DNA of 46,522 nucleotides from positions 1 through 46,522 of the forward strand of contig NEEC01000354.1 in assembly GCA_002189035.1 (NCBI GenBank), read 5' to 3'. Shown here piece by piece: positions 11,601 through 23,100 of the stretch. The stretch's first letter is position 1. Each line of letters opens with the position of its first letter. The notes under the pieces are model-generated. The model was not told the DNA's origin. It saw only the letters and a program-made list of their open reading frames with translations, and searched no databases. A program made the translations under genes and the position numbers. The DNA is from Utricularia gibba (lineage: Eukaryota; Plantae; Magnoliophyta).

Positions 11601-14600
11601 CAACGCATGCTTTATATTTGAGGAGGCGCTCTCGTGGGGCAACGGTATCGAGCAAAGGTCGAGTCGAGCTCGCCCAGAGTCATTTTGTAGCCGGCAAAAA
11701 ATTGATGCATTTATTAACGTTGGGTTTTAATAGGCTGCCTACATGGTTTCTCAAGGAAAAGCTTGTCGTTTCTGGGCGGTGATGTCTTTTGGAACTTCGT
11801 TCTGACCAAGGTTCGGTCTGACTCCTTTGCCACATCGGGTCCTACTCGACGAAAATCGTGATGCAGTTATTGAAGTTAGGATTCATGAGCACCCAAAATG
11901 GTTTTCTCAACCGCATGCTTTATATTTGATAGGCGCTCTCGTGGGGCAACGGTATCGAGCAGGAGGTCGAGTCGAGCTCGGGCCCATAGTCATTTGTAGC
12001 TCGGCAAAAAACTTGATGCATTTATTAACGTTGGTTTTAATAGGCTGCCTACATGTTTTCTCAAGGAAAAGCTTGTCGTTTTGGGCGGGTGATGTCGTTG
12101 TGAACTTCGTTCTGACCCAAGGTTCGGTCTGACTCCTTTGCCACATCGGGTCCTACTCGACGAAAATCGTGATGCAGTTATTGAAGTTAGGATGTCATGA
12201 GCACCCAAAATGGTTTTCTCAACCGCATGCTTTATATTTGATAAGGCGCTCTCGTGGGGCAACGGTATCGAGTAGGAGGTCGAGTCGAGCTCGGCCCATA
12301 GTCATTTGTAGCTCGGCAAAAAACTTGATGCATTTATTAACGTTGGTTTTAATAGGCTGCCTACATGGTTTTCTCAAGGAAAAGCTTGTCGTTTTTGGGC
12401 GGGTGATGTCGTTGTGAACTTCGTTCTGACCAAGGTTCGGTCTGACTCCTTTGCCAAATCGGTCCTACTCGACGAAAATCGTGATGCAGTTATTGAAGTT
12501 AGGATTTCATGAGCACCCAAAATGGTTTTCTCAACGCATGCTTTATATTTGATAGGCGTCGTGGGGCAACGGTATCGAGAGGTCGAGTCGAGCTCGGGCC
12601 CAGAGTCATTTGTAGCCCGGAAAAAAAATTGATGCATTTATTAACGTTGGTTTTAATAGGCTGCCTACATGTTTCTCAAGGAAAAGCTTGTCGTTTCTGG
12701 GCGGGTGATGTCTTTTGGAACTTCGTTCTGACCAAGGTTCGGTCTGACTCCTTTGCCACATCGGGTCCTACTCGACGAAAATCGTGATGCAGTTATTGAA
12801 GTTAGGATTCATGAGCACCCAAAATGGTTTTCTCAACCGCATGCTTTATATTTGATAAGGCTCTCGTGGGCAACGGTATCGAGCAGGAGGTCGAGTCGAG
12901 CTCGGGCCCAGAGTCATTTGTAGCCGGCAAAAAAATTGATGCATTTATTAACGTTGGTTTATTAGGCTGCCTACATAGTTTCTCAAGGAAAAGCTTGTCG
13001 TTTCTGCGGGTGATGTCGTTGGAACTTCGTTCTGACCCAAGGTTCGTCTGACTCCTTTGCCACATCGGGTCCTACTCGACGAAAATCGTGATGCAGTTAT
13101 TGAAGTTAGGATTCATGAGCACCCAAAATGGTTTTCTCAACCGCATGCTTTATATTGATAAGGTGCTCTCGTGGGGCAACGGTATCGAGCAGGAGGTCGA
13201 GTCGAGCTCGGGCCCATAGTCATTTGTAGCTCGGCAAAAAACTTGATGCATTTATTAACGTTGGTTTTTAATAGCCTACATTGTTTTCTCAAGGAAAAGC
13301 TTGTCGTTTTTGGGCGGGTGATGTCGTTGTGAACTTCGTTCTGACCCAAGGTTCGGTCTGTCTCCTTTGCCACATCGGTCCTACTCGACGAAAATCGTGA
13401 TGCAGTTATTGAAGTTAGGATTTCATGAGCACCCAAAATGGTTTTCTCAACCGCATGCTTTATATTTGATAGGCTCTCGTGGGGCAACGGTATCGAGCAG
13501 GAGGTCGAGTCGAGCTCGAGAGTCATTTGTAGCCCGAAAAAAATTGATGCATTTATTAACGTTGGTTTATTAGGCTGCCTACATTTTCTCAAGGAAAAGC
13601 TTGTCGTTTCTGGCGGGTGATGTCGTTGAACTTCGTTCTGACCCAGGTTCGGTCTGACTCCTTTGCCACATCGGGTCCTACTCGACGAAAATCGTGATGC
13701 AGTTATTGAAGTTAGGATTCATGAGCACCCAAAATGGTTTTCTCAACCGCATGCTTTATATTTGAGGAGGCGCTCTCGTGGGCAACGGTATCGAGCAGGA
13801 GGTCGAGTCGAGCTCGGCCCATAGTCATTTGTAGCTCGGCAAAAAACTTGATGCATTTATTAACGTTGGGTTTTAATAGGCTGCCTACATGTTTTCTCAA
13901 GGAAAAGCTTGTCGTTTTTGGGCGGGTGATGTCGTTGTGAACTTCGTTCTGACCCAAGGTTCGGTCTGACTCCTTTGCCACATCGGGTCCTACTCGACGA
14001 AAATCGTGATGCAGTTATTGAAGTTAGGATTTCATGAGCACCCAAAATGGTTTTCTCAACCGCATGCTTTATATTTGATAAGGCGCTCTCGTGGGGCAAC
14101 GGTATCGAGCAGGAGGTCGAGTCGAGCTCGGGCCCAGAGTCATTTGTAGCCCGGCAAAAAAATTGATGCATTTATTAACGTTCGGCTTTATTAGGCTGCC
14201 TACATAGTTTCTCAAGGAAAAGCTTGTCGTTTCTGGCGGGTGATGTCGTTGGGAACTTCGTTCTGACCAAGGTTCGTCTGACTCCTTTGCCACATCGGGT
14301 CCTACTCGACGAAAATCGTGATGCAGTTATTGAAGTTAGGATTCATGAGCACCCAAAATGGTTTTCTCAACCGCATGCTTTATATTTGATAGGCGCTCTC
14401 GTGGGGCAACGGTATCGAGCAGGAGGTCGAGTCGAGCTCGGGCCCATAGTCATTTGTAGCTCGGCAAAAAACTTGATGCATTTATTAACGTTGGGTTTTA
14501 ATAGGCTGCCTACATTGTTTTCTCAAGGAAAAGCTTGTCGTTTTTGGGCGGGTGATGTCGTTGTGAACTTCGTTCTGACCCAAGGTTCGGTCTGACTCCT

Positions 14601-16783
14601 TTGCCACATCGGGTCCTACTCGACGAAAATCGTGATGCAGTTATTGAAGTTAGGATTTCATGAGCACCCAAAATGGTTTTCTCAACCGCATGCTTTATAT
14701 TTGATAAGGCTCTCGTGGGGCAACGGTATCGAGTAGGAGGTCGAGTCGAGCTCGGGCCCATAGTCATTTGTAGCTCGGCAAAAAACTTGATGCATTTATT
14801 AACGTTGGTTTTAATAGGCTGCCTCAATGGTTTTCTCAAGGAAAAGCTTGTCGTTTTTGGGCGGGTGATGTCGTTGTGAACTTCGTTCTGACCCAAGGTT
14901 CGGTCTGTCTCCTTTGCCAATCGGTCCTACTCGACGAAAATCGTGATGCAGTTATTGAAGTTAGGATTCATGAGCACCCAAAATGGTTTTCTCAACCGCA
15001 TGCTTTATATTTGATAAGGCACTCTCGTGGGGCAACGGTATCGAGCAGGAGGTCGAGTCGAGCTCGGGAGAGTCATTTGTAGCCCGGCAAAAAATTGATG
15101 CATTTATTAACGTTGGTTTATTAGGCTGCCTACATGTTTCTCAAGGAAAAGCTTGTCGTTTCTGGGCGGGTGATGTCTTTTGGAACTTCGTTCTGACCAT
15201 AGGTTCGGTCTGACTCCTTTGCCACATCGGGTCCTACTCGACGAAAATCGTGATGCAGTTATTGAAGTTAGGATTCATGAGCACCCAAAATGGTTTTCTC
15301 AACCGCATGCTTTATATTTGATAAGGCACTCTCGTGGGGCAACGGTTCGAGTAGGAGGTCGAGTCGAGCTCGGGCCCAGAGTCATTTGTAGCCCGCAAAA
15401 AAATTGATGCATTTATTAACGTTTTTATTAGGCTGCCTACATAGTTTCTCAAGGAAAGCTTGTCGTTTTGCGGGGTGATGTCGTTGGGAACTTCGTTCTG
15501 ACCCAAGGTTCTGTCTGACTCCTTTGCCACATCGGGTCCTACTCGACGAAAATCGTGATGCAGTTATTGAAGTTAGGATGTCATGAGCACCAAAATGGTT
15601 TTCTCAACCGCATGCTTTATATTTGAGGAGGCGCTCTCGTGGGGCAACGGTATCGAGCAGGAGGTCGAGTCGAGCTCGGGCCCATAGTCATTTGTAGCTC
15701 GGCAAAAAACTTGATGCATTAATTAACGTTGGGTTTTAATAGGCACCTACATGTTTTCTCAAGGAAAAGCTTGTCGTTTTTGGGCGGGTGATGTCGTTGT
15801 GAACTTCGTTCTGACCAAGGTTCGGTCTGTCTCCTTTGCCAAATCGGTCCTACTCGACGAAAATCGTGATGCAGTTATTGAAGTTAGGATTTCATGAGCA
15901 CCCAAAATGGTTTTCTCAACCGCATGCTTTATATTTGATAAGGCACTCTCGTGGGGCAACGGTATCGAGCAGGAGGTCGAGTCGAGCTCGGTCCCAGAGT
16001 CATTTGTAGCCCGGCAAAAAATTGATGCATTTATTAACGTTCGGCTTATTAGGCTGCCTACATAGTTTCTCAAGGAAAAGCTTGTCGTTTCTGGCGGGTG
16101 ATGTCGTTGGGAACTTCGTTCTGACCCAAGGTTCGTCTGACTCCTTTGCCACATCGGGTCCTACTCGACGAAAATCGTGATGCAGTTATTGAAGTTAGGA
16201 TTCATGAGCACCCAAAATGGTTTTCTCAACCGCATGCTTTATATTTGAGGAGGCGCTCTCGTGGGGCAACGGTATCGAGCAGGAGTCGAGTCGAGCTCGG
16301 GCCCATAGTCATTTGTAGCTCGGCAAAAAACTTGATGCATTTATTAACGTTGGTTTTAATAGGCTGCCTACATTGTTTTCTCAAGGAAAAGCTTGTCGTT
16401 TTTGGGCGGGTGATTTCGTTGTGAACTTCGTTCTGACCCAAGGTTCGGTCTGTCTCCTTTGCCAAATCTGGTCCTACTCGACGAAAATCGTGATGCAGTT
16501 ATTGAAGTTAGGATTTCATGAGCACCCAAAATGGTTTTCTCAACCGCATGCTTTATATTTGATAAGGTGCTCTCGTGGGGCAACGGTATCGAGTAGGAGG
16601 TCGAGTCGAGCTCGGGCCCATAGTCATTTGTAGCTCGGCAAAAAACTTGATGCATTTATTAACGTTGGTTTTAATAGGCTGCCTAAATGGTTTTCTCAAG
16701 GAAAAGCTTGTCGTTTTTGGGCGGGTGATGTCGTTGTGAACTTCGTTCTGACCAAGGTTCGGTCTGTCTCCTTTGCCAAATCT

Positions 16784-17094
16784 GGTCCTACTCGACGAAA
16801 ATCGTGATGCAGTTATTGAAGTTAGGATTTCATGAGCACCCAAAATGCTTTTTCAACGCATGCTTTGTAGTTGAGGAGGCGCTCTAGTGGGGCACGGTAT
16901 CGGGGCAAAGGTCGAGTCGGGCTCGCTCCCAGAGTCTTTTTTAGCCTGTCAAAAAATTGATGCATTTATTAACGTTGGGTTTTAATAGGCTGCCTACATG
17001 GTTTCTCAAGGAAAAGCTTGTCGTTTCTGGGCGGGTGATGTCTTTTGGAACTTCGTTCTGACCATAGGTTCGGTCTGACTCCTTTGCCACATCG
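16784..17094 (+). repeat. Representative divergent monomer variant (class D), lacking the SacI and ApaI sites
   Basis: Seen: linked changes AAATGCTTTT, TTTGTAGTTGAGGAGG, CTAGTGGGGCACGG, ATCGGGGCAAAGG, GTCGGGCTCGCTCCCAGAG, TTTTAGCCTGTC, GTCTTTTGG and CCATAGG. Similar monomers recur at about 15 other positions. Confidence 0.85.
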
Positions 17095-19884
17095 GGTCCT
17101 ACTCGACGAAAATCGTGATGCAGTTATTGAAGTTAGGATTATGAGCACCCAAAATGGTTTTCTCAACCGCATGCTTTATATTTGATAAGGCGCTCTCGTG
17201 GGCAACGGTATCGAGCAGGAGGTCGAGTCGAGCTCGGGCCCAGAGTCATTTGTAGCCGGCAAAAAACTTGATGCATTTATTAACGTTGGTTTTAATAGGC
17301 TGCCTACATGTTTTCTCAAGGAAAAGCTTGTCGTTTTTGGGCGGTGATGTCGTTGTGAACTTCGTTCTGACCAAGGTTCGGTCTGACTCCTTTGCCACAT
17401 CGGGTCCTACTCGACGAAAATCGTGATGCAGTTATTGAAGTTAGGATTCATGAGCACCCAAAATGGTTTTCTCAACCGCATGCTTTATATTTGATAGGCG
17501 CTCTCGTGGGGCAACGGTATCGAGCAGGAGGTCGAGTCGAGCTCGGCCCATAGTCATTTGTAGCCGGCAAAAAATTGATGCATTTATTAACGTTGGTTTT
17601 TAATAGGCTGCCTACATGGTTTCTCAAGGAAAAGCTTGTCGTTTTGGGGCGGGTGATGTCGTTGGAAACTTCGTTCTGACCCAAGGTTCGGTCTGACTCC
17701 TTTGCCATCGGTCCTACTCGACGAAAATCGTGATGCAGTTATTGAAGTTAGGATTTCATGAGCACCCAAAATGGTTTTTCAATCGCATGCTTTGTAGTTG
17801 AGGAGGCGCTCTCGTGGGGCAACGGTATCGGCAAAGGTCGAGTCGGGCTCGCCCCAGAGTCATTTGTAGCCCAAAAAATTGATGCATTTATTAACGTTGG
17901 TTTAATAGGCTGCCTACATGGTTTTTCAAGGAAAAGCTTGTCGTTTCTGGGCGGGTGATGTCTTTTGGAACTTCGTTCTGACCATAGGTTCGGTCTGACT
18001 CCTTTGCCACATCGGGTCCTACTCGACGAAAATCGTGATGCAGTTATTGAAGTTAGGATTCATGAGCACCCAAAATGGTTTTCTCAACCGCATGCTTTAT
18101 ATTTGATAAGGCGCTCTCGTGGGGCAACGGTATCGAGCAGGAGGTCGAGTCGAGCTCGGGCCCATAGTCATTTGTAGCTCGGCAAAAAACTTGATGCATT
18201 TATTAACGTTGGTTTTAATAGGCTGCCTACATGTTTTCTCAAGGAAAAGCTTGTCGTTTTGGGCGGGTGATGTCGTTGTGAACTTCGTTCTGACCCAAGG
18301 TTCGGTCTGACTCCTTTGCCACATCGGGTCCTACTCGACGAAAATCGTGATGCAGTTATTGAAGTTAGGATTCATGAGCACCCAAAATGGTTTTCTCAAC
18401 CGCATGCTTTATATTTGAGGAGGCGCTCTCGTGGGGCAACGGTATCGAGCAGGAGGTCGAGTCGAGCTCGGGCCCATAGTCATTTGTAGCTCGGCAAAAA
18501 ACTTGATGCATTTATTAACGTTGGGTTTTATAGGCTGCCTACATGTTTCTCAAGGAAAAGCTTGTCGTTTTTGGGCGGGTGATGTCGTTGGAACTTCGTT
18601 GACCCAAGGTTCGGTCTGACTCCTTTGCCACATCGGGTCCTACTCGACGAAAATCGTGATGCAGTTATTGAAGTTAGGATTCATGAGCACCCAAAATGGT
18701 TTTCTCAACCGCATGCTTTATATTTGATAAGGTGCTCTCGTGGGGCAACGGTATCGAGTAGGAGGTCGAGTCGAGCTCGGGCCCATAGTCATTTGTAGCT
18801 CGGCAAAAAACTTGATGCATTTATTAACGTTGGTTTTAATAGGCTGCCTAAATGGTTTTCTCAAGGAAAAGCTTGTCGTTTTTGGGCGGGTGATGTCGTT
18901 GTGAACTTCGTTCTGACCCAAGGTTCGGTCTGTCTCCTTTGCCAATCTGGTCCTACTCGACGAAAATCGTGATGCAGTTATTGAAGTTAGGATTTCATGA
19001 GCACCCAAAATGCTTTTCTCAACGCATGCTTTGTATTGAGGAGGCGCTCTAGTGGGGCAACGGTATCGGGCAAAGGTCGAGTCGGGCTCGCTCCCAGAGT
19101 TTTTTAGCCTGTCAAAAAAAGTGATGCATTTATTAACGTTGGTTTAATAGGCTGCCTACATGGTTTCTCAAGGAAAAGCTTGTCGTTTCTGGCGGGTGAT
19201 GTCTTTTGGAACTTCGTTCTGACCAAGGTTCGGTCTGACTCCTTTGCCACATCGGGTCCTACTCGACGAAAATCGTGATGCAGTTATTGAAGTTAGGATT
19301 CATGAGCACCCAAAATGGTTTCTCAACCGCATGCTTTATATTTGATAGGCGCTCTCGTGGGGCAACGGTATCGAGCAGGAGGTCGAGTCGAGCTCGGGCC
19401 CATAGTCATTTGTAGCTCGGCAAAAAACTTGATGCATTTATTAACGTTGGGTTTTAATAGGCTGCCTACATGTTTTCTCAAGGAAAAGCTTGTCGTTTTT
19501 GGGCGGGTGATGTCGTTGTGAACTTCGTTCTGACCAAGGTTCGGTCTGACTCCTTTGCCACATCGGGTCCTACTCGACGAAAATCGTGATGCAGTTATTG
19601 AAGTTAGGATTCATGAGCACCCAAAATGGTTTTCTCAACCGCATGCTTTATATTTGATAAGGCGCTCTCGTGGGGCAACGGTATCGAGCAGGAGGTCGAG
19701 TCGAGCTCGGGCCCAGAGTCATTTGTAGCCGGCAAAAAAATTGATGCATTTATTAACGTTGGTTTTTAATAGGCTGCCTACATGGTTTCTCAAGGAAAAG
19801 CTTGTCGTTTCTGGGCGGGTGATGTCGTTGTGAACTTCGTTCTGACCCAAGGTTCGGTCTGACTCCTTTGCCACATCGGTCCTA

Positions 19885-20040
19885 CTCGACGAAAATCGTG
19901 ATGCAGTTATTGAAGTTAGGATTCATGAGCACCCAAAATGGTTTTCTCAACCGCATGCTTTATATTTGATAAGGCGCTCTCGTGGGGCAACGGTATCGAG
20001 TAGGAGGTCGAGTCGAGCTCGGGCCCATAGTCATTTGTAG
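19885..20040 (+). repeat. Ancestral sub-repeat, half 1 (156 bp) of one monomer
   Basis: Seen: 19885-19950 aligns without gaps to 20041-20106 at 49/66 identity, ending in the identical 13-mer ATGGTTTTCTCAA. Confidence 0.85.
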
Positions 20041-20197
20041 CTCGGCAAAAAACTTGATGCATTTATTAACGTTGGTTTTAATAGGCTGCCTACATGGTTT
20101 TCTCAAGGAAAAGCTTGTCGTTTTTGGGCGGGTGATGTCGTTGTGAACTTCGTTCTGACCCAAGGTTCGGTCTGTCTCCTTTGCCAAATCGGTCCTA
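20041..20197 (+). repeat. Ancestral sub-repeat, half 2 (157 bp) of one monomer
   Basis: Seen: starts at CTCGGCAAAAAACTTGATGCATTTATT, the counterpart of CTCGACGAAAATCGTGATGCAGTTATT. The next CTCGAC is at 20198, so 156+157=313. Confidence 0.85.
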
Positions 20198-23100
20198 CTC
20201 GACGAAAATCGTGATGCAGTTATTGAAGTTAGGATTTCATGAGCACCCAAAATGGTTTTTCAACGCATGCTTTATATTTGATAGGCTCTCTCGTGGGGCA
20301 ACGGTATCGGGCAGGAGGTCGAGTCGAGCTCGGCCCAGAGTCATTTGTAGCCCGGCAAAAAATTGATGCATTTATTAACGTTCGGCTTTATTAGGCTGCC
20401 TACATAGTTTCTCAAGGAAAAGCTTGTCGTTTCTGGGCGGGTGATGTCTTTTGGAACTTCGTTCTGACCATAGGTTCGGTCTGACTCCTTTGCCACATCG
20501 GGTCCTACTCGACGAAAATCGTGATGCAGTTATTGAAGTTAGGATTCATGAGCACCCAAAATGGTTTTCTCAACCGCATGCTTTATATTTGATAAGGCGC
20601 TCTCGTGGGGCAACGGTATCGAGCAGGAGGTCGAGTCGAGCTCGGGCCCAGAGTCATTTGTAGCCCGGCAAAAAAATTGATGCATTTATTAACGTTGGCT
20701 TTATTAGGCTGCCTACATAGTTTCTCAAGGAAAAGCTTGTCGTTTCTGCGGGTGATGTCGTTGGAACTTCGTTCTGACCCAAGGTTCGTCTGACTCCTTT
20801 GCCACATCGGGTCCTACTCGACGAAAATCGTGATGCAGTTATTGAAGTTAGGATTTCATGAGCACCCAAAATGGTTTTCTCAACCGCATGCTTTATATTT
20901 GATAAGGCGCTCTCGTGGGGCAACGGTATCGAGCAGGAGGTCGAGTCGAGCTCGGGCCCATAGTCATTTGTAGCTCGGCAAAAAACTTGATGCATTTATT
21001 AACGTTGGGTTTTAATAGGCTGCCTACATGTTTTCTCAAGGAAAAGCTTGTCGTTTTTGGCGGGTGATGCGTTGGAACTTCGTTCTGACCAAGGTTCGGT
21101 CTGACTCCTTTGCCAATCGGTCCTACTCGACGAAAATCGTGATGCAGTTATTGAAGTTAGGATTTCATGAGCACCCAAAATGGTTTTCTCAACCGCATGC
21201 TTTATATTTGATAGGCGCTCTCGTGGGGCAACGGTATCGAGCAGGAGGTCGAGTCGAGCTCGGGCCCAGAGTCATTTGTAGCCCGGCAAAAAATTGATGC
21301 ATTTATTAACGTTCGGTTATTAGGCTGCCTACATAGTTTCTCAAGGAAAAGCTTGTCGTTTCTGGCGGGTGATGTCGTTGGGGAACTTCGTTCTGACCCA
21401 AGGTTCTGTCTGACTCCTTTGCCACATCGGGTCCTACTCGACGAAAATCGTGATGCAGTTATTGAAGTTAGGATTCATGAGCACCCAAAATGGTTTTCTC
21501 AACCGCATGCTTTATATTTGAGGAGGCTCTCGTGGGGCAACGGTATCGAGCAGGAGGTCGAGTCGAGCTCGGGCCCATAGTCATTTTAGCTCGGCAAAAA
21601 ACTTGATGCATTTATTAACGTTGGGTTTTAATAGGCTGCCTACATGTTTTCTCAAGGAAAAGCTTGTCGTTTTTGGGCGGGTGATGTCGTTGTGAACTTC
21701 GTTCTGACCAAGGTTCGGTCTGACTCCTTTGCCACATCGGGTCCTACTCGACGAAAATCGTGATGCAGTTATTGAAGTTAGGATTTCATGAGCACCCAAA
21801 ATGGTTTTCTCAACCGCATGCTTTATATTTGATAAGGCACTCTCGTGGGGCAACGGTATCGAGCAGGAGGTCGAGTCGAGCTCGGGCCCAGAGTCATTTG
21901 TAGCCCGGCAAAAAATTGATGCATTTATTAACGTTCGGTTTTATTAGGCTGCCTACATAGTTTCTCAAGGAAAAGCTTGTCGTTTCTGGCGGGTGATGTC
22001 GTTGGGAACTTCGTTCTGACCAAGGTTCGGTCTGACTCCTTTGCCACATCGGGTCCTACTCGACGAAAATCGTGATGCAGTTATTGAAGTTAGGATTCAT
22101 GAGCACCCAAAATGGTTTTCTCAACCGCATGCTTTATATTTGAGGAGGCGCTCTCGTGGGGCAACGGTATCGAGCAAGGTCGAGTCGAGCTCGGCCCAGA
22201 GTCATTTGTAGCCCGGCAAAAAATTGATGCATTTATTAACGTTGGGTTATTAGGCTGCCTACATGTTTCTCAAGGAAAAGCTTGTCGTTTCTGGGCGGGT
22301 GATGTCGTTGGAACTTCGTTCTGACCAAGGTTCGGTCTGACTCCTTTGCCACATCGGGTCCTACTCGACGAAAATCGTGATGCAGTTATTGAAGTTAGGA
22401 TTCATGAGCACCCAAAATGGTTTTCTCAACCGCATGCTTTATATTTGATAGGCGCTCTCGTGGGGCAACGGTATCGAGCAGGAGGTCGAGTCGAGCTCGG
22501 GCCCATAGTCATTTGTAGCTCGGCAAAAAACTTGATGCATTTATTAACGTTGGTTTTAATAGGCTGCCTACATGTTTTCTCAAGGAAAAGCTTGTCGTTT
22601 TTGGGCGGGTGATGTCGTTGTGAACTTCGTTCTGACCCAAGGTTCGGTCTGACTCCTTTGCCACATCGGGTCCTACTCGACGAAAATCGTGATGCAGTAT
22701 TGAAGTTAGGATTTCATGAGCACCCAAAATGGTTTTCTCAACCGCATGCTTTATATTTGATAAGGCTCGTGGGGCAACGGTATCGAGCAGGAGGTCGAGT
22801 CGAGCTCGGCCCAGAGTCATTTGTAGCCCGGCAAAAAAATTGATGCATTTATTAACGTTCGGCTTTATTAGGCTGCCTACATAGTTTCTCAAGGAAAAGC
22901 TTGTCGTTTCTGGGCGGGTGATGTCGTTGGGAACTTCGTTCACCAAGGTTCGGTCTGACTCCTTTGCCACATCGGGTCCTACTCGACGAAAATCGTGATG
23001 CAGTTATTGAAGTTAGGATGTCATGAGCACCCAAAATGGTTTTCTCAACCGCATGCTTTATATTTGAGCGCTCTCGTGGGGCAACGGTATCGAGCAGGAG

